From positions 9,672,001 to 9,736,000 of the forward strand of contig OX597837.1 in assembly GCA_951406725.2 (NCBI GenBank): 64,000 nt of DNA, given 5' to 3'. The notes under the pieces were generated by a model. It was not told the origin of the DNA and did no database searches. It saw only the letters and a list, made by a program, of their open reading frames with translations. This document shows positions 43,825 through 60,295 of this stretch, piece by piece; within the stretch, counting starts at the first letter, position 1; the number at the start of each line of letters is the position of its first letter. This stretch comes from Octopus vulgaris (Eukaryota). The translations under genes were made by a program, and so were the position numbers.

Positions 43825-43835
43825 TATATATTTTA

Positions 43836-43881
<46 letters not shown>

Positions 43882-44664
43882 TCTCTTTCATTTACTTGTT
43901 TCAGCGGCTGTGCTGGAGCACCGCCTTTAGTCGAGCAAATCGACCCCAGGACTTATTCTTTGTAAGCCTAATACTTAGTCTATCGGTCCCTTTTGCATAA
44001 CCACTAAGTTACAGGGACGTAAACACACCAGCATCGGTTGTCAAGTGATGTTGGGGGGGACAAACACAGACACACAAACACACACGCATATATATATATG
44101 CATATATATATATATATATATATGTTGACTGTTGACTGAATATGACATCCTTTAAGTCTTCCTCTGGTTTTTTAATTACATTTTCAAAATGCTTCCCTAA
44201 AGATGTCCAGCAAGGTCGAAACATGTCATGTGTTGTCACCCTTCTTAACAAAAATTCAGATTTACTTCCGCTGCACATCACCGCTTTATTTGTAGTAAAA
44301 GGGACTGTAATCGTTCTCTAATATACATATTTTGAGATGAATTTTCATTCACAGTAATTTTGGGTTCTCAGTATTAGGTATACTTAACTGTTATGTTCAT
44401 CGAGCAGAAGGCACACCCAAGTTAATTTTTACCGTTTCGCTTCATGGCAATCCAAAACATCTGAATTAAAGATGGCTGCTGGAAACCAGCTCAGTGGATT
44501 TGGGATTGTATGTGTATACGAACGTATGAATGCATGTATGTATACATGTATGTTTGTATGCATGTATGAATGTATGCATACGTGTGTGTATAGATACGTA
44601 CGCATGCATGCACGTATGTATGCATGTGTGTATGTATGTACTTATGTATATATGTATATATATA

Positions 44665-44695
<31 letters not shown>

Positions 44696-45585
44696 GTATA
44701 TATATGTGTGCATACGTGTATGAACACATGTATGTACTGAATATATGTGTGTACGCATGCAGGTATGACATATGTGTGTACGTATGTATTTCTATATGTT
44801 CGCATACGCGTATGTATGTTCGCATACATGTATATATGTATGCATGCGTGTGTGTATGTACGTATGTATATACTGGATGTATGTGTGTATGCATGCATGT
44901 ATGTGTGTATGCATGCATGTATGTATGTCAAAACACACACACACACACACACATACACAAGTTTTTATGTGCGTCGTACGTGATAGAAATATTTTTAGAC
45001 CGAAAAACAGGAAATTGGCTGGAAAAGAAGGCATCACTGAATGTTAAGCAATTATGTGTATTTTTTAATTAACGGTTGCCATTGTCATCAGCATCAGCAT
45101 CAGCATCATCATCACCGTCGTCGTCGTCGTCATCATCATCATCATCAAAGTCGTCGTCGTCAACGTCTCCAAGCTCGTCAACACAATTCCGCCAGGTTAT
45201 TGTCATCGCCGTTATCATCATTGTCATCAGCACCATAATCATCATAACCCTTTTCTTCTTCGTCGTGGTTGTCGTCGTCCTCCTCCTCCTTCGCCTCCTC
45301 ATCATCATCATCCTCTCCATCATTATTACCATCATCATCACCGCCACCACCACCTTTGTTATTATCATCATCGTTGTCGTCGTCTTCAGCACAGCGGCAG
45401 CAGTACCACGACCACCACGACCACGACCACCACCACCACCACCACCACTTCCACCACCACCACTTCCACCACCACCTCCGACATTATTATCATCGTCGTC
45501 GTCATCATCATTATTGTCATCATCGCCATCATCATTGTCATCATTTGTCGTCGTTACTGTTGTTGTTGTTGTTATTGTTGTTGTT

Positions 45586-45636
<51 letters not shown>

Positions 45637-47455
45637 GGTGGTGGTGGTGGTGGTGGTGGTGGTGGTGGTGGTGGTGGTGGTCGTGGTCGTGGTGGTCGTC
45701 GTCGTCGTAGTCTTTCATCATTCGTCCAAACACCGAAACCGGGTCAATTCTTTGTTGAATAGACAGAACAACTTTAATGTAGAGTCTTTACATGGCTAAC
45801 ACTTCCGTGAACTGAATAGCGGAGGTGGGGGGTTAAAAAATCATTAAATATCTCACAACAATAAATTCGGCTCCTGCGATTTAAGTTCAATCCTCGTCGA
45901 GGTCAACTTTATCTTTCATCTTTCCACCGTCAATAATTAAAGTGCGAATATACGAGGTCGGTAGACTGGCGAAATCGGTGGAGTACAGGAGAAAATGCCT
46001 TGTGCTATATTTGTTCTAGATCCTTGCATTCGGAGTTCGAATCATGCCGTAGATTATTTGGATAGTAGCTTTAATCTGCCATGCTACCACGACCTGTTAC
46101 CCCGGGTGTATTCAGTGATAATAATTCAGTGATTTCAGTGATAATATTCAGTGATTTCGGTTGAAGACTCTGTTGTGGGGATACCTTTCTCGCTTTCTTT
46201 CGCGAGTCGCAAGAGTCCCGAGTCATAATTTGTACTACCTTTCTCTTGGCCAATGCCTATTCGACTGGTTAGCATTGCTATAATGGCCCCTGTTCCTCAG
46301 GGGCCGCTGATGCTATACTTTCTCCATTCAGATATAGGTACACCGATCCATGCATTTCTCAAACTACACTCACTCTTGTTGAATCCACCACCACCACCAC
46401 CACCCTTATCTTTGCCATAGTCATCATCGTCGTCATTGTAATTTTGTCATCATCATCGTCATCATCAGCATCAACGCTATCAGCACTATCGCTCCCACCC
46501 CACCACCAACAACAACAACAATATGTCAAAAAGAAGAAAGACTTAAGAGGAAAAATTGACCTCGGCAGGATTCGAACCTCAGCTGCACAGAGCCAAAACA
46601 AATACCCCACTAGCTTTCTACCCACTGTTCTACTGAACTCGACTCTTCGTGCCTACCTACAGGACCTTATTCATAATTAACATTTATTCCAGTCTTAGGT
46701 TTTGAGTTCAAAATCCATCAAAGTTAACTTTTCGTTTCATCCTTTCCGAATCGACAAAATAAAGGACCAACCAAGTACTGAAATTTTCCCCCGGAAATTA
46801 CTGGCCTTATCCCACAATTTGAAAAAAATCGTGGCCCAGCAGCAATTATCTGAGTTAATATTAACAAATGTGTTAACGCTCGTTTCAAATTTTAGCACAA
46901 TGCCAGTAACTTTAGGAGAGGTTTAGTCGATTACATCAACAAAAGTACACGACATGTATGTATTTTATCGGCTCCGAAAGGTTGAACGACAAAGTTGACA
47001 CCTCGATGGCAATTGAACTTAGAACGTAATGGCGGATGAAATGTCTATTTCTTTATTACCCACAAGGAGCTAAACATAGAGAGGACAAACAAGGACAGAC
47101 ATAGGTATTAAGTCTATTACATCAAACCCAGTGCGTAACTAGTATTTAATTTATCGACGCCGAAAGAATGAAAGGCAAAGTCGAACTCGGCGGAATTTGA
47201 ACTCACAACGTAAAGGCAGACGAAATGCCGGTAAGCATTTCACCCGGTGTGCAAACGATTTTGCTCGTTCGATGTCTTTACAAATATAATTATATATATC
47301 ATGCATCGGTGATTTAACGTCCGAACTCAAACGTATCATGTTCAATGTTTCAGAAAGCTATCCGCAAGGTACCCAACGAGGTCGGTGACAACCACAAACT
47401 TTAAGATAATGAAGCAATTTAAAGACCTATAAATGTATGCATCAAAATGAAAATA

Positions 47456-47626
<171 letters not shown>

Positions 47627-47900
47627 GTGTGTGTGTGTGTATTTATATGTATATACACATTTAATAAATTGTGGAATTTCTTCAGGACTTGCCAGTTAGA
47701 ATATTTAAATTAGACCTCTGTTGTTATTCCATTTAAATCTCACCTGATTCCCCTATGGATTTCAATTTACCTGGGGTTGAATAATAGATTTAAGTTTCTT
47801 GATATGAAGATATTGATTTCAGCGAGTTTAACCCGAACCATAATTTAGAATCGCACTTACTGATACGATATGATATATGCGTATATATATATATATATAT

Positions 47901-47963
<63 letters not shown>

Positions 47964-48061
47964 CATACATACATACATACATTCATACATACATACATAC
48001 ATACATACATACATACATACATGCATATGTATATATACATATATATATATACACATACACT

Positions 48062-48105
<44 letters not shown>

Positions 48106-48559
48106 GATATAGATAGACAGATAGATAGATAGATAGATTGACAGACAGATAGAGAGTGTGAGATAGAAAGAGATACTTATGTATATATACGTAAACACAT
48201 ATATTTGTGTGTATATATATATATATATATAGACACACAGACACATATACATATATATATATACAAATATCACATACACTACACACACATACAAATACAT
48301 ACACACAAACACTAACACACATACACACACACACAGATATATATATATATATAATTATACGTGTTACCGCAATATGAGTTCAAATCGCTTCGGGGGTTAA
48401 TTGACGCTGTTATTACTCTGGGGCTAATAAAATAATTATCCACAATATATTAGAAAAATATAATTGTTTCGGAAAAATATTTTTTAATCCACATAAAGCA
48501 AAATTGTATAATTTTCATACCTACTCACGCACAGACTGACACACTCGCACACACACACG

Positions 48560-48593
<34 letters not shown>

Positions 48594-48712
48594 TCAAGTG
48601 TATCTTTGTACATATGTATATAATAACTGTTTTTGTATGTATCCATTAATATATATATAGGTGTGTGTTTGTGTGTGTTGGTATGTGTGTGATTGTGGAT
48701 ATATGAATATGA

Positions 48713-48818
<106 letters not shown>

Positions 48819-49102
48819 GAACGTACGTTTCTGGCGTTCATTAAATATTCCTAGCCTGTAGCAAAAGTCAAATTAATTCCTATTTTTAACGCAATTCTGT
48901 GAAACACTGTTTCTGGATTTGTGATTGTGGCTGTGTGCGCATGCGTTTGTGCGTATGTCTTATTGTGTTTGTATTTTTCAGCTGTCGAACTCTCTCGAAT
49001 CTTCCTCCTCCCCTCGTTCACTCTTTGTCTGTTTGTCTCGCTATCTATCTATCTACCTATCTCTCTATATATTTCGTTGTTTGTGTGTGAGTACGTGTAT
49101 GT

Positions 49103-49322
49103 ATACGCAAGAGTTTTGAAAAGTTCCTGGCGTTAAGAGTATCACGAAACTCCTGCTTGGAGGCCCAGCCTTTTGAGTTTTTTAACAGAGCTTTGAAAAA
49201 CTGAAGCTGCGCGGTAAATAATTGTGTGAATCTGAGAAGGGAATATGTTTTTTAAAAATCGTAATTAACTTATCCTCCTGTATTTTCTTTTACCAAAGCC
49301 AGGAACATTTCAGCACTGCTTC
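49103..49322. mobile_element. Mariner-type MITE, second copy
   Basis: TTGAAAAGTTCCTGGC...AAAGCCAGGAACATTTCAGCA TIRs; body is the reverse complement of 12245-12394. Confidence 0.7.
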
Positions 49323-49359
49323 CTCTGTGTAAGTGTATACATATATCATAAATGCGCTC

Positions 49360-49600
49360 TTTTAAAGCCTAGCCAGGCTCATGGGCCCGGTTTCCCGGTT
49401 TCAATGGCGTATATGTTCCCCAGCTGGACGGGACGCCAGTCCATCGCACCGTTACTCATTTTTGCCAGCTGAGTGGACTGGAGCAACGCGAAATGAAGTG
49501 TTTTGCTCAAGAACACAACGCGTCGCCCGGTGCAGGAATCGAAACCACAAGCTTACGATCATGATGCTGTCACCCTAACCACTAAGCCACGCGACTCCAC
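49360..49600 (-). mobile_element. tRNA-derived SINE, family C variant
   Basis: Shares the GCGATGGACTGGCGTCCCGTCCAG and GAAACCGGGAAACCGGGCCCATGA 3' part with 63180-63480; head GTGGAGTCGCGTGGCTTAGTGGTTAGGG. Confidence 0.85.
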
Positions 49601-49608
49601 AAACACAC

Positions 49609-49702
<94 letters not shown>

Positions 49703-49758
49703 AACATAATAAAGGATAAACTCGTTAAAAATGTTATCAGTGGCCATCCCCTCACACC

Positions 49759-49806
49759 GTCTCAGATGAAGGGATATAATAAATATCCTGGAAACAGCTG
49801 TAAGAC
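49759..49806 (+). ncRNA. Hammerhead-like motif with U4A core variant
   Basis: GTCT-CAGATGA-A-GGGATAT aataa ATATCCT-G-GAA-ACAGCTGT-A-AGAC, inside a ~170-bp element bounded by (TA)n. Confidence 0.65.
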
Positions 49807-50279
49807 CTCTATCTATCAATGTTCTAAAATCTACACAGCATTGGTTTTTTTATCTCATTGCGAAAAAAATTTATATATGTAAGTATATATATATATACAT
49901 ACATACAGACAGACACAGAGTGAGAGAGCTGTATGTGTGCGTGCGTCTGCGTGTACGATAAAGAATGCCATATACGGCATATTTTCATTACAATTTATTT
50001 CAGTCACTTTCCATGCAAACTTCCATCTTTAACTGATATTTCGACCCAATATGCCATATTCATAGCTTTTGATGGTGTATTTGTTACGGTTTCGGCAATT
50101 TAGTGGTGGCTGCAATGATACTGGCCGTAGTGGAATTAAAAGTGGTTTGTTCTTTTATCTTCCTTTCATTTGTTTAAGGCGTCTCTTTGTCCAACCGCTA
50201 AGTTACGAGGATATAAATACACCAACACCACTTGTCAAACTGTGATAAGAGACAAAACCACGCACACATACACACACAT

Positions 50280-50355
<76 letters not shown>

Positions 50356-51219
50356 GGGGAGAATTCACAACGATGGACTTCTTTCAGTTTCCGTCTAACA
50401 AGAGTAAAGCAGAAGTTACATGTACAAAGTTCCACGCTGTGGGACTGAACCTAGTACCATGTGATTCGGAAGCAAGCTTCTTACCACACAGCCACGCCTG
50501 TTTTGTTTTGTTTTTTTCTTTCTTCATTTGTTTCTATTTTTTCTTATTTTTGTTGTGGAAGCAGAGATGACAGTTGTGGCTATGATGTTTGTGATGATGA
50601 TGATGATGGTGTTGTTTGGCCGAAGCTGGTTGTGGTCGAAGTGATAGTAGGAGCTGATGGCTCGTTGGTGATGACGGTGGATGTAATGGTGGTGGTACTG
50701 GTAGTGGCGGTGGTAGTGGTCTTTCTAATCCATAGCGGAGGGATCGGCTTAAGAGGTGGCGGTGTTGTTATTAATATTACTATGTTAAAAGGAACCGTTG
50801 AGGATCTAAATAGTTGCGTTGTTCTGGTTTTGCTCGCAGTAATACAGTTGTTGGTGTTGTTGTAGGGAGCGGGGACGACTAAGATAGTAAGAGTGCTATT
50901 GGGGGTGGGGTGGGACTGGTTGTGTTTGTACTAATGGTATAGTCGGTGGAGTGGTAGCAGTGGTGGTGGAGTTGATGATAAAAGTAGTAGTAGTAGTAGT
51001 AGTAGTTTTTGTAGTAGTAGTGATGTCAATGGTTGTAGGATTCGTGGTGGTGGTGGTGGTGTTGCTGTTGGTGTTGGTGGTGTTAGTAGTAGTAGTTATT
51101 GTTGTCGACATTGTAGGAGTTGTGGTGGTAGTATCATTAGTAGTAGTAGTAACAGTATGGGTAGAGTTGACAATGGTAGAAAGGGGATTAGTGATCATAG
51201 TAGCAGCAGAAGCCGTAGT

Positions 51220-51275
<56 letters not shown>

Positions 51276-52325
51276 GATCGTTGTTGTTGACGTGGCGGTG
51301 TGGGTGAAGGTGGTTGTGTTAGTAGCAATGGTAGTGGTGGTGGTGGTGGTGGTGGTGGTGGTGTTAATGGCGGAGTCAATGACATCGGTGGGGCGGTGTT
51401 GCCGTCTACTGTTGTTCTCCTAGTCGACCTGTTTATATTCTTCTTCTTGTTTTCGTTGCTGTTACTATTATTGTAGTTGTTGATGTTGCAACCGTCGTTT
51501 CCGTTGTTGTGGTTGTTGTTATTGTTGTTGTTGTTGTTGTTGGTATTGTCGTGGCCGTTGTTGTTGTTGTTTTTTGCCTTTGTTCGATACATAGCGCTAT
51601 TTCGGCAACTAATAACAAATATCGATTTTTGTTGGGGGGTACTTTTTTTTTCTTTCTTCCTTTTTTTGTTTCTTTATTTTGTTTTGTTTTGTTTTTGTTT
51701 TTTTTTTCTTCTGCTTAAAAATAAACTGAGGAGCGATTCTGAGAAATAGAATACCTAATAAGATCGATGTTATAATGTGTTATGATGCTATGGTTATTGA
51801 GCTGAGAGAAAGGTCAGTGTGATCGTCTCTGCGGTGTTGTTGCTGGTGCTGGTGATGGAGCTGATCGTGTTCGTGGAGGAGGTGGATGCGCTAGCGATCA
51901 TAATAATTGTAGGCCAGTCCAGTCAATAAGGGAGATTTCACAAAAATATGGCCATAAGTTTTATGTAGTTCGGTCTAGTAAAAACATAAAAACATTCATT
52001 CTTTCTTTTGCTTTAAACCCCACCCTCTCTCTCTTCTTCCTCTTCCTCCTCCTACGTATATACCTCTGCCTTTGTTTCTCTCCCTCTCTTCTCTCTCGCT
52101 TTCTCATTCTTCCTCCTTTTCTTTCTAAGGAGCAAAGGATATAAAACTATTTCTTATTATTCTATATTTTTTTTTTGTTTTTTTTTCTCTGGAGAAAATA
52201 AAAGAATAGAGTTTTAAGGAAATCTTTTTACCTGCCTGAACTATAAAAAGTAATGTTTATTTTATTTTCTAACATTTGCACTGAAGACGAACATGATACA
52301 GAATCTATTCGACTGGAGATAGGTT

Positions 52326-52402
<77 letters not shown>

Positions 52403-52669
52403 CATATATATATAAATATATATATATATAAGCATATATATATATATATACATATATATGTGCGTGTATATATGTATATATATATTTGTGTGTGCATATA
52501 TATGTATTCTATATATATACATATATATATGTGTGTGTGTGTGTATATATATGTATATATTATATATATTTACTGTATATATATATATATATATTACATA
52601 TACATATAGTGTATATATATTATAACATATATATATATAGATAGATAGATAGTTATCTCTCTCTCTCTC

Positions 52670-52746
<77 letters not shown>

Positions 52747-52766
52747 ATTGGTTTGAATTACAGTAA

Positions 52767-52849
<83 letters not shown>

Positions 52850-53188
52850 CATCATAATTTACTTGCCTGTCATAATTTATTAAAGAAAACATAATGTACA
52901 AAATGAAACAAGGTAAAGAAAGAAACAAAGAAAAAAAACAAAGAAAAGCACAAAGAAAGAAAGAAAGAAAGGAAGGAAGGAGAGAAGGAGGGGGAAAAGA
53001 AGCTTTCCCTAAATAAGATGAATGAGCCGACCCCATTTGGTTTAATGACCATCAGTTGTCTTCCTGACTTTCATAACCTGTCTACTAATGAAATTTCTCC
53101 GCCATTTATTTTGTAAGATATTTCATTTGTCTATACACAACTTCTCAACAAATATTTGGCTTAGCGCCGAACCTTAAAAATCATCATC

Positions 53189-53257
<69 letters not shown>

Positions 53258-53305
53258 ATTATTATTATTATTATTAAATTTATTGTTATTATTAATATTA
53301 ATTTG

Positions 53306-53406
<101 letters not shown>

Positions 53407-55392
53407 TATTATCATCGTTATTAATATAGGCGTAGGAATGGCCATGTGGCAAGAAAATTTGCTTCACAGCCACATCGTTTTGGCTCAATCCCGCCGCGTG
53501 GTATCTTGAGCTAGTGTTTTCTACAGTAGCCTAGGGCCGACTAAAACTCTCCGAAAGGATTCTATACATATATATATATATATATATATACATACACGCA
53601 CACACATACATATACATACATGCATACACACACACATATATATGGTATATTATACATACACACACATACATATATATATATACACATATATATATATTCT
53701 GTGTGTGGGGAAAATTCTTAGAATTTTGATTTAGTTCGTCACGTGAGTCACCTCACTAGAGGCCTTAAACAAGGTAAGTCAGGCAGTGTTTACGTCCCCG
53801 TAACGTAGCGGTTCGGCAAAGAGTACCGATAGTGTCTGCAATGAAAGAGGTTGAATGGTGTACATGGCTAAAAATATTTTGAAGCTGAAGACGAACACCA
53901 TCCCCTTTGGTCAACTCTGTATCGTCTCGTCCTTTCAGTGGAATGATATCCTGTCACTTGGTCCAGATTTTTTAAGGCAGGGTTTGAAAAGGGATTTCTT
54001 TTGGCAGTTAAAGATGTGAAAACAAATACTCGTACCCTTTACCTTTGGGCAGAGTCGTTAGCGCGGCGGGCACAATACTTGGCAGCATTTCGTACGTCTT
54101 AACGTTCCGAGTTCGAATTCCGCCGAGGTCGACTTTGTTTTTTATCCTTCTGGGTGCGATAAAATAACTATCAGCCAATTACTGGGGTCGATGTAATCGA
54201 CCATCCCCTCTCCCAAACATTCAGGCCTTGTGCCTATAATAGAAAATCATTATACCATGGTCATGCTGGGGCACTGCCTTCAAGAAATTGTCGTCGAATG
54301 TATCGACTCCCTAGTACTTTTTTTTAAATCCTATCAGTCTCTTTTGCAGGACCGCTATGTTACGGTGATGTAAACATACCAACACCGGTTGTCAAGCGCT
54401 AATGGTGGATCACACACGCACAAACATACATATATATATATATATGTACGACTGGCTTCTTTCAGTTTCCATCCCAAATTCACTCACAAGACTTGGTTCG
54501 GGCCGAGGGTACAGTAGAAGACATTTGCACGAGTTGCCACGCAGTGGGACTGAACCCGGAACCATGTGGTTGAGAAGCAAGCTTCTTTCCCACACGGCCA
54601 CGTCTGCGCCTACTCATGTATATTTATTTTTATATCTATTTTATAATTTTTATTCTTACGTACGAGTCTAACCAACGATTGTTTATCTTATACTTAGCTT
54701 AGCTTCCAAAAAAAAAGAAAAGAAACAAATAGGTTTCCGATATGCTCAATGTTTCCGTTTTTTTAATGATTATGTTAACAATGTCTATTGGCTTATAGAA
54801 ATTTTACGGTGTGCTTTCTGATAAAATTAAGCCATTTCTATCTATTTTCTTTTTTCAGTTATACAATATACATCTTTAATCTATCATTTAAAACGGATTC
54901 TTATTTTCTCTCTAAACATTCGAGTTATTATTCTCTTGTTCATTGTTTATTTTGCATTTAATCAGCACAGAACACACATTCTTTCGCTGGTTTTTATCGA
55001 AGAGTTGTAGTACTGCTACCGGCTGTTTCTTTTTTTTTTTTTTACTTTCTTCGCCACATACGATATCTTCAATTCAATATTTTACTATATTTCATCTTAC
55101 CATTGATTTCTTTTTATTTACTTTTTATACTTTGATTTATTTATTTATTTATTTTATACCCTAATTTATCACTCCAATTGTCTGTTTCCATATTGGTAAA
55201 TTCTATCTTTTGTAACCATCGTTGTGTTGTTTATTTAAATCCGCTCCGAATACGGGCATACGTAGATGTGTGGTTAAGAGGCACGGTTTTCAAACGCTTG
55301 ACATCGGGTTCAGTCCCACTGAGTGGCACTTTGGGTAACAAGTGTCTTCTATTGTAGCCCTGAGTGCTGCCTAAAGTCTTGTTGGTGAATTA

Positions 55393-55533
55393 GGTATTCA
55401 TCTTGAAGGAATAAAATGATGTAAAACAATGTAAGCATCTCGTCAGGGTTTCAAGTATTGCCTTCTTCTGTGGCTCAAAGAGACGATATGATTATATTGT
55501 TTTACATCATTTTATTCCCTCCGGATTAATACC
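55393..55533. repeat. Fold-back inverted repeat, 52-bp arms (55393-55444 / 55482-55533)
   Basis: 7 mismatches in 52 bp by manual alignment; 37-nt spacer. Confidence 0.88.
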
Positions 55534-55767
55534 AATGTTTTCTTCGAAACATATGTCGGAAGTATAAAGATTTGAATAACACCTGCGTTTAACTGCATTT
55601 CTTAATTTATCTATTCAATACAAAAAACATTTCACTAAGCCTTAGAACTTCTACCTTTATAAGTAGGCTGTAACATCCGTGGCACTTATGTGAATTTTTG
55701 CTACCAAGTAACTATTTATTTATTTTTTCCGTGTTATTTGTACACATTGAAAAAATACACATACATT

Positions 55768-55831
<64 letters not shown>

Positions 55832-55847
55832 AGTGTATGTATGTTAT

Positions 55848-55903
<56 letters not shown>

Positions 55904-56036
55904 ATTATGCCTCTGTGTGTTATTTGCGTGTGTGTATAAATGTATATATATATAGTTTGAACGGATCTTCGGAGGTGAAAAGTCGCCAAAAGGGTATGCT
56001 CCTACTTTCAGTGTTTACAAATCCGAATTAAGGAAT

Positions 56037-56098
56037 TTTGAGCTGACGAAAGAAATGTCGAATTGTATTTGGCTGATCTAGAAACGTACGTTCTCAAA
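56037..56098 (+). ncRNA. Type I hammerhead ribozyme (canonical CUGACGA core, irregular stem II base)
   Basis: TTTGAG-CTGACGA-A-AGA..GTCGAA ttgta TTTGGC..TCT-A-GAA-ACGTACGT-T-CTCAAA: perfect 6-bp stem I, palindromic stem III. Confidence 0.72.
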
Positions 56099-56470
56099 TA
56101 ATCTTTGCACTTGTGATTTTTTAATGTTTTTACCCCCATACCTTCGTGGGCTATTTTGAGTAAACACTATCTGAGAGAAATTTTCTTTAAGTATTAGAAA
56201 TGGCTAAAAAAATTTTTTTTGGCTGCTATTTCTAATGAGTTCAGTATGTGGCAAAGTAATTTATTTTACTAAGCCCTTTATAAAATGTAATATTTTGAAT
56301 TCGCCTTAAATGGTCCCTTTACATACTGAATACTTGGTGAAATTGATTAATAATTAATTAATTTTACCCTCAATTGTTGATATATATATATATATATATA
56401 TATACACAATTATGCCTCTGTGTGTTATTTGCGTGTGTGTATAAATGTATATCTATGTCTGCATATATGC

Positions 56471-56556
<86 letters not shown>

Positions 56557-57034
56557 TTAGATAGATAGGTAAGTATGGAAGCGCAACGGAAGGAAAAAAA
56601 AGTGTAAAGATAGAAACTAAGATGGAAGGAAGGAAGGAACAGAAAAAATACAGGAAGGAATAAAAGAAGAAAAAGAACGAAGAAAAGCAAGGAAGCGGGA
56701 AACATGGAAGGAAAGGTGACAGAACGAATAAAGATGAGGTAAAACAAGCTGATTTGGAGACTGAAAGACTGAAATTTCACAGCATTTAACGTAACAACAA
56801 CAACAACAATATTAATAATAATAAGATAATAATAATAATAATACGATAATAATAATTATAATAATAATAATAATAATAATAATGATGATGATAATGATAA
56901 TAATAATGATAATGAGGATGATGATGATGATCATCATAATAATAATAATAATAATGATAAAAATAATAATGATAGTGATATTAATAGTAATAATGATAAT
57001 AATATTAATAATAATAATAATGATGATGATGATG

Positions 57035-57071
<37 letters not shown>

Positions 57072-57136
57072 TAATAATAAAAACAATAATGCTAACAATA
57101 ATCATACTAATAATAACAATAATAATAGTTATATTG

Positions 57137-57222
<86 letters not shown>

Positions 57223-57223
57223 G

Positions 57224-57293
<70 letters not shown>

Positions 57294-57591
57294 AAATAAT
57301 GATGATAGATATAAGAATAACTGATATAAGAATAAATATGCGAAGATTAAATAAGGAACAAATTAAAACAAAAATGTTTTTAGATGGCAAAAGAACTAAA
57401 ATAAACAAGGATAGAGAACGGCAACATGAACAACAAGAATTAGGACAACAACAAGAGAAACGATGACAAGAATAAAAAGAAAAGTGAGACGAAATAATCA
57501 CCTTACAGAAATAGATTTACTAAGATTCGACTCATTTGTTACAGACACACAAATATACATACATACATACATATATATATATACATACATA

Positions 57592-57636
<45 letters not shown>

Positions 57637-57994
57637 CGTACATACACATATATATATATATGTTCATATATATATATGTATATATATATACATATATATA
57701 TATATGTATATATATGTATATATATATACATATATATATATGTATATATATATGTATATATATACGTATATATATATATATGTTTGCGTTTATATATGTA
57801 TATATATAAATATATGCATGTATATATATTTATATATATATATGTATATATATATATGTATATATCTGTATATATATATATGTATATATATGTATATATA
57901 TGTATATATATGTATATATATGTGTATGTATATATATGTAGATATATATATATATATATGTATATATATGTATATATATATGTATATCTATATC

Positions 57995-58040
<46 letters not shown>

Positions 58041-58419
58041 TGTATGTATGTATGTATGTATGTATGTATGTCTGTATGTATATGTGTGTAGGTATATGCT
58101 GCCGTGTTGCGTTGTATGAAGTTCGCATTGATTGTGTTTCACGGTTTCAGTTTAAAAGGTCAACGAGCGACAGAAATGTCACCTTTTCACTCGAGAAGGC
58201 AACGCAAATTGAGCGAGTGAATACAAGACTAATAGCGAATGTATGCTGATTATGTGGAGAAGTAAGTTTATCTTGCATTCAACTTGTATTCAACGGCAAA
58301 CGCTTCAATACACAGCTTTCTATATTCGTATGTTTGTGGAGTGTGCATATGTATATGTGTATGCGTGTGTGTGTGTGTATACATACATATATATTTGCAT
58401 CTACATGTATGTATGTATA

Positions 58420-58452
<33 letters not shown>

Positions 58453-58557
58453 ATTTGTAGGTGTATGTATGTCTGTGATAGTTTTTGTACAGATAGACGC
58501 ATGCGTCTGTATAAAATACTTTCATACATACATATATATATATATACATATATATAC

Positions 58558-58630
<73 letters not shown>

Positions 58631-58782
58631 CATATATATATATATATATACATATATATAAACAGCTACATATAGTATATTGTATATATATGTATGTATA
58701 TATACACATATATACATATACACATATATACATACTTATATACATATATATATACATGTGTGTATGTAAACGCGTGTGCATC

Positions 58783-58813
<31 letters not shown>

Positions 58814-59082
58814 ACGAATATAAATTGGTATGTGTGTCTCACACGCTTTCTCCCTCGCTCCCCATCTCTCTCTCTCCCTTTTTCTCTCTATGTATAAATT
58901 TATAGTGTATGCATGTATGTGTTTATTCATTAGTATATTCGTATACTGCATACTGTTATACGTTTTATTTCATACATATGTATATGCGTGTACGCGTGTG
59001 TGTATATTAGATACTAAACTTTGTATATATATACACAAACATACATATATACATACATATATATATATATATACATACATAC

Positions 59083-59127
<45 letters not shown>

Positions 59128-59219
59128 ATGTTTATCATGCAATGAACTATATACATTAAAATATATACATTGTAATATAAAGGTATATATTTATGCAAAT
59201 ACGCTTAAACTTGTCTGTG

Positions 59220-59295
<76 letters not shown>

Positions 59296-59490
59296 TATAT
59301 TGTTAGTAGGTGTTGTATCTCTTGGTTTTATTATTGCAATTTCTCTTTTGGAAAGGGAAGGTTTCCAATATGCAAACAAATTCTGTCATTGGAATTTAGA
59401 CATTGTATATGTAATGTTTGCATGTCTGTGTGCAACTATGTTCGTCTACATTTACGTATGTATAAAACAATATGTATAATTGTTATGTAC

Positions 59491-59538
<48 letters not shown>

Positions 59539-60115
59539 GCATACATACATATATACATAGATGTATTTGCCTGTAAATCATTGTGTATATATATAAGCCT
59601 ATATAAGTCCATATGCTCACATACACTCAAGTATATATATATATATATATATATGGATACATATGTAAATACACACATACACACAGCCGAGCAAATGCAC
59701 ATATATACATGCATACATCTTTGCACATAATTCATTACTTCGTTTACACGTACATATTGAATAACAAATACGGTGTTATTATCATTATTGTTGTTATTAT
59801 TGTTATTATTATCATCATCATCATCATCATCATAATCATCATCATCATCATCATCATCATTCTTATTCTTAATATTATTATTTGAATTCATTTTATAAAG
59901 AAGCTGCTTTCTGGCAAAGACACATAATTCAAATTGCTGACATTTGGATAACAACAAACATTTGGAATTACATGTTGAACTTTACAGAAGTCTTCCTTAT
60001 TTTTACTGTTACCCTTACAGACGCCGTTTATAAATTACGTTTTAGTGGTTTTTGTTCTGTTCTCGAAAAGTACATCGTTTCTAGATTAGTAATTATATTT
60101 TCCTTTGTTTACGCG

Positions 60116-60190
<75 letters not shown>

Positions 60191-60211
60191 CATACACACA
60201 CACATACACAC

Positions 60212-60295
<84 letters not shown>

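Noticed and set aside
46270-46315. GGCCCCTG-ttcct-CAGGGGCC hairpin with CTGAGGA on the minus strand
   Set aside because: Stems II and III of a hammerhead do not form; an isolated hairpin only.
52232-52240. Possible 9-nt minus-strand microexon (TTTTTATAG|TTCAGGCAG|GTAAAA)
   Set aside because: Weak donor and short pyrimidine tract; expected by chance in AT-rich DNA without RNA-seq support.
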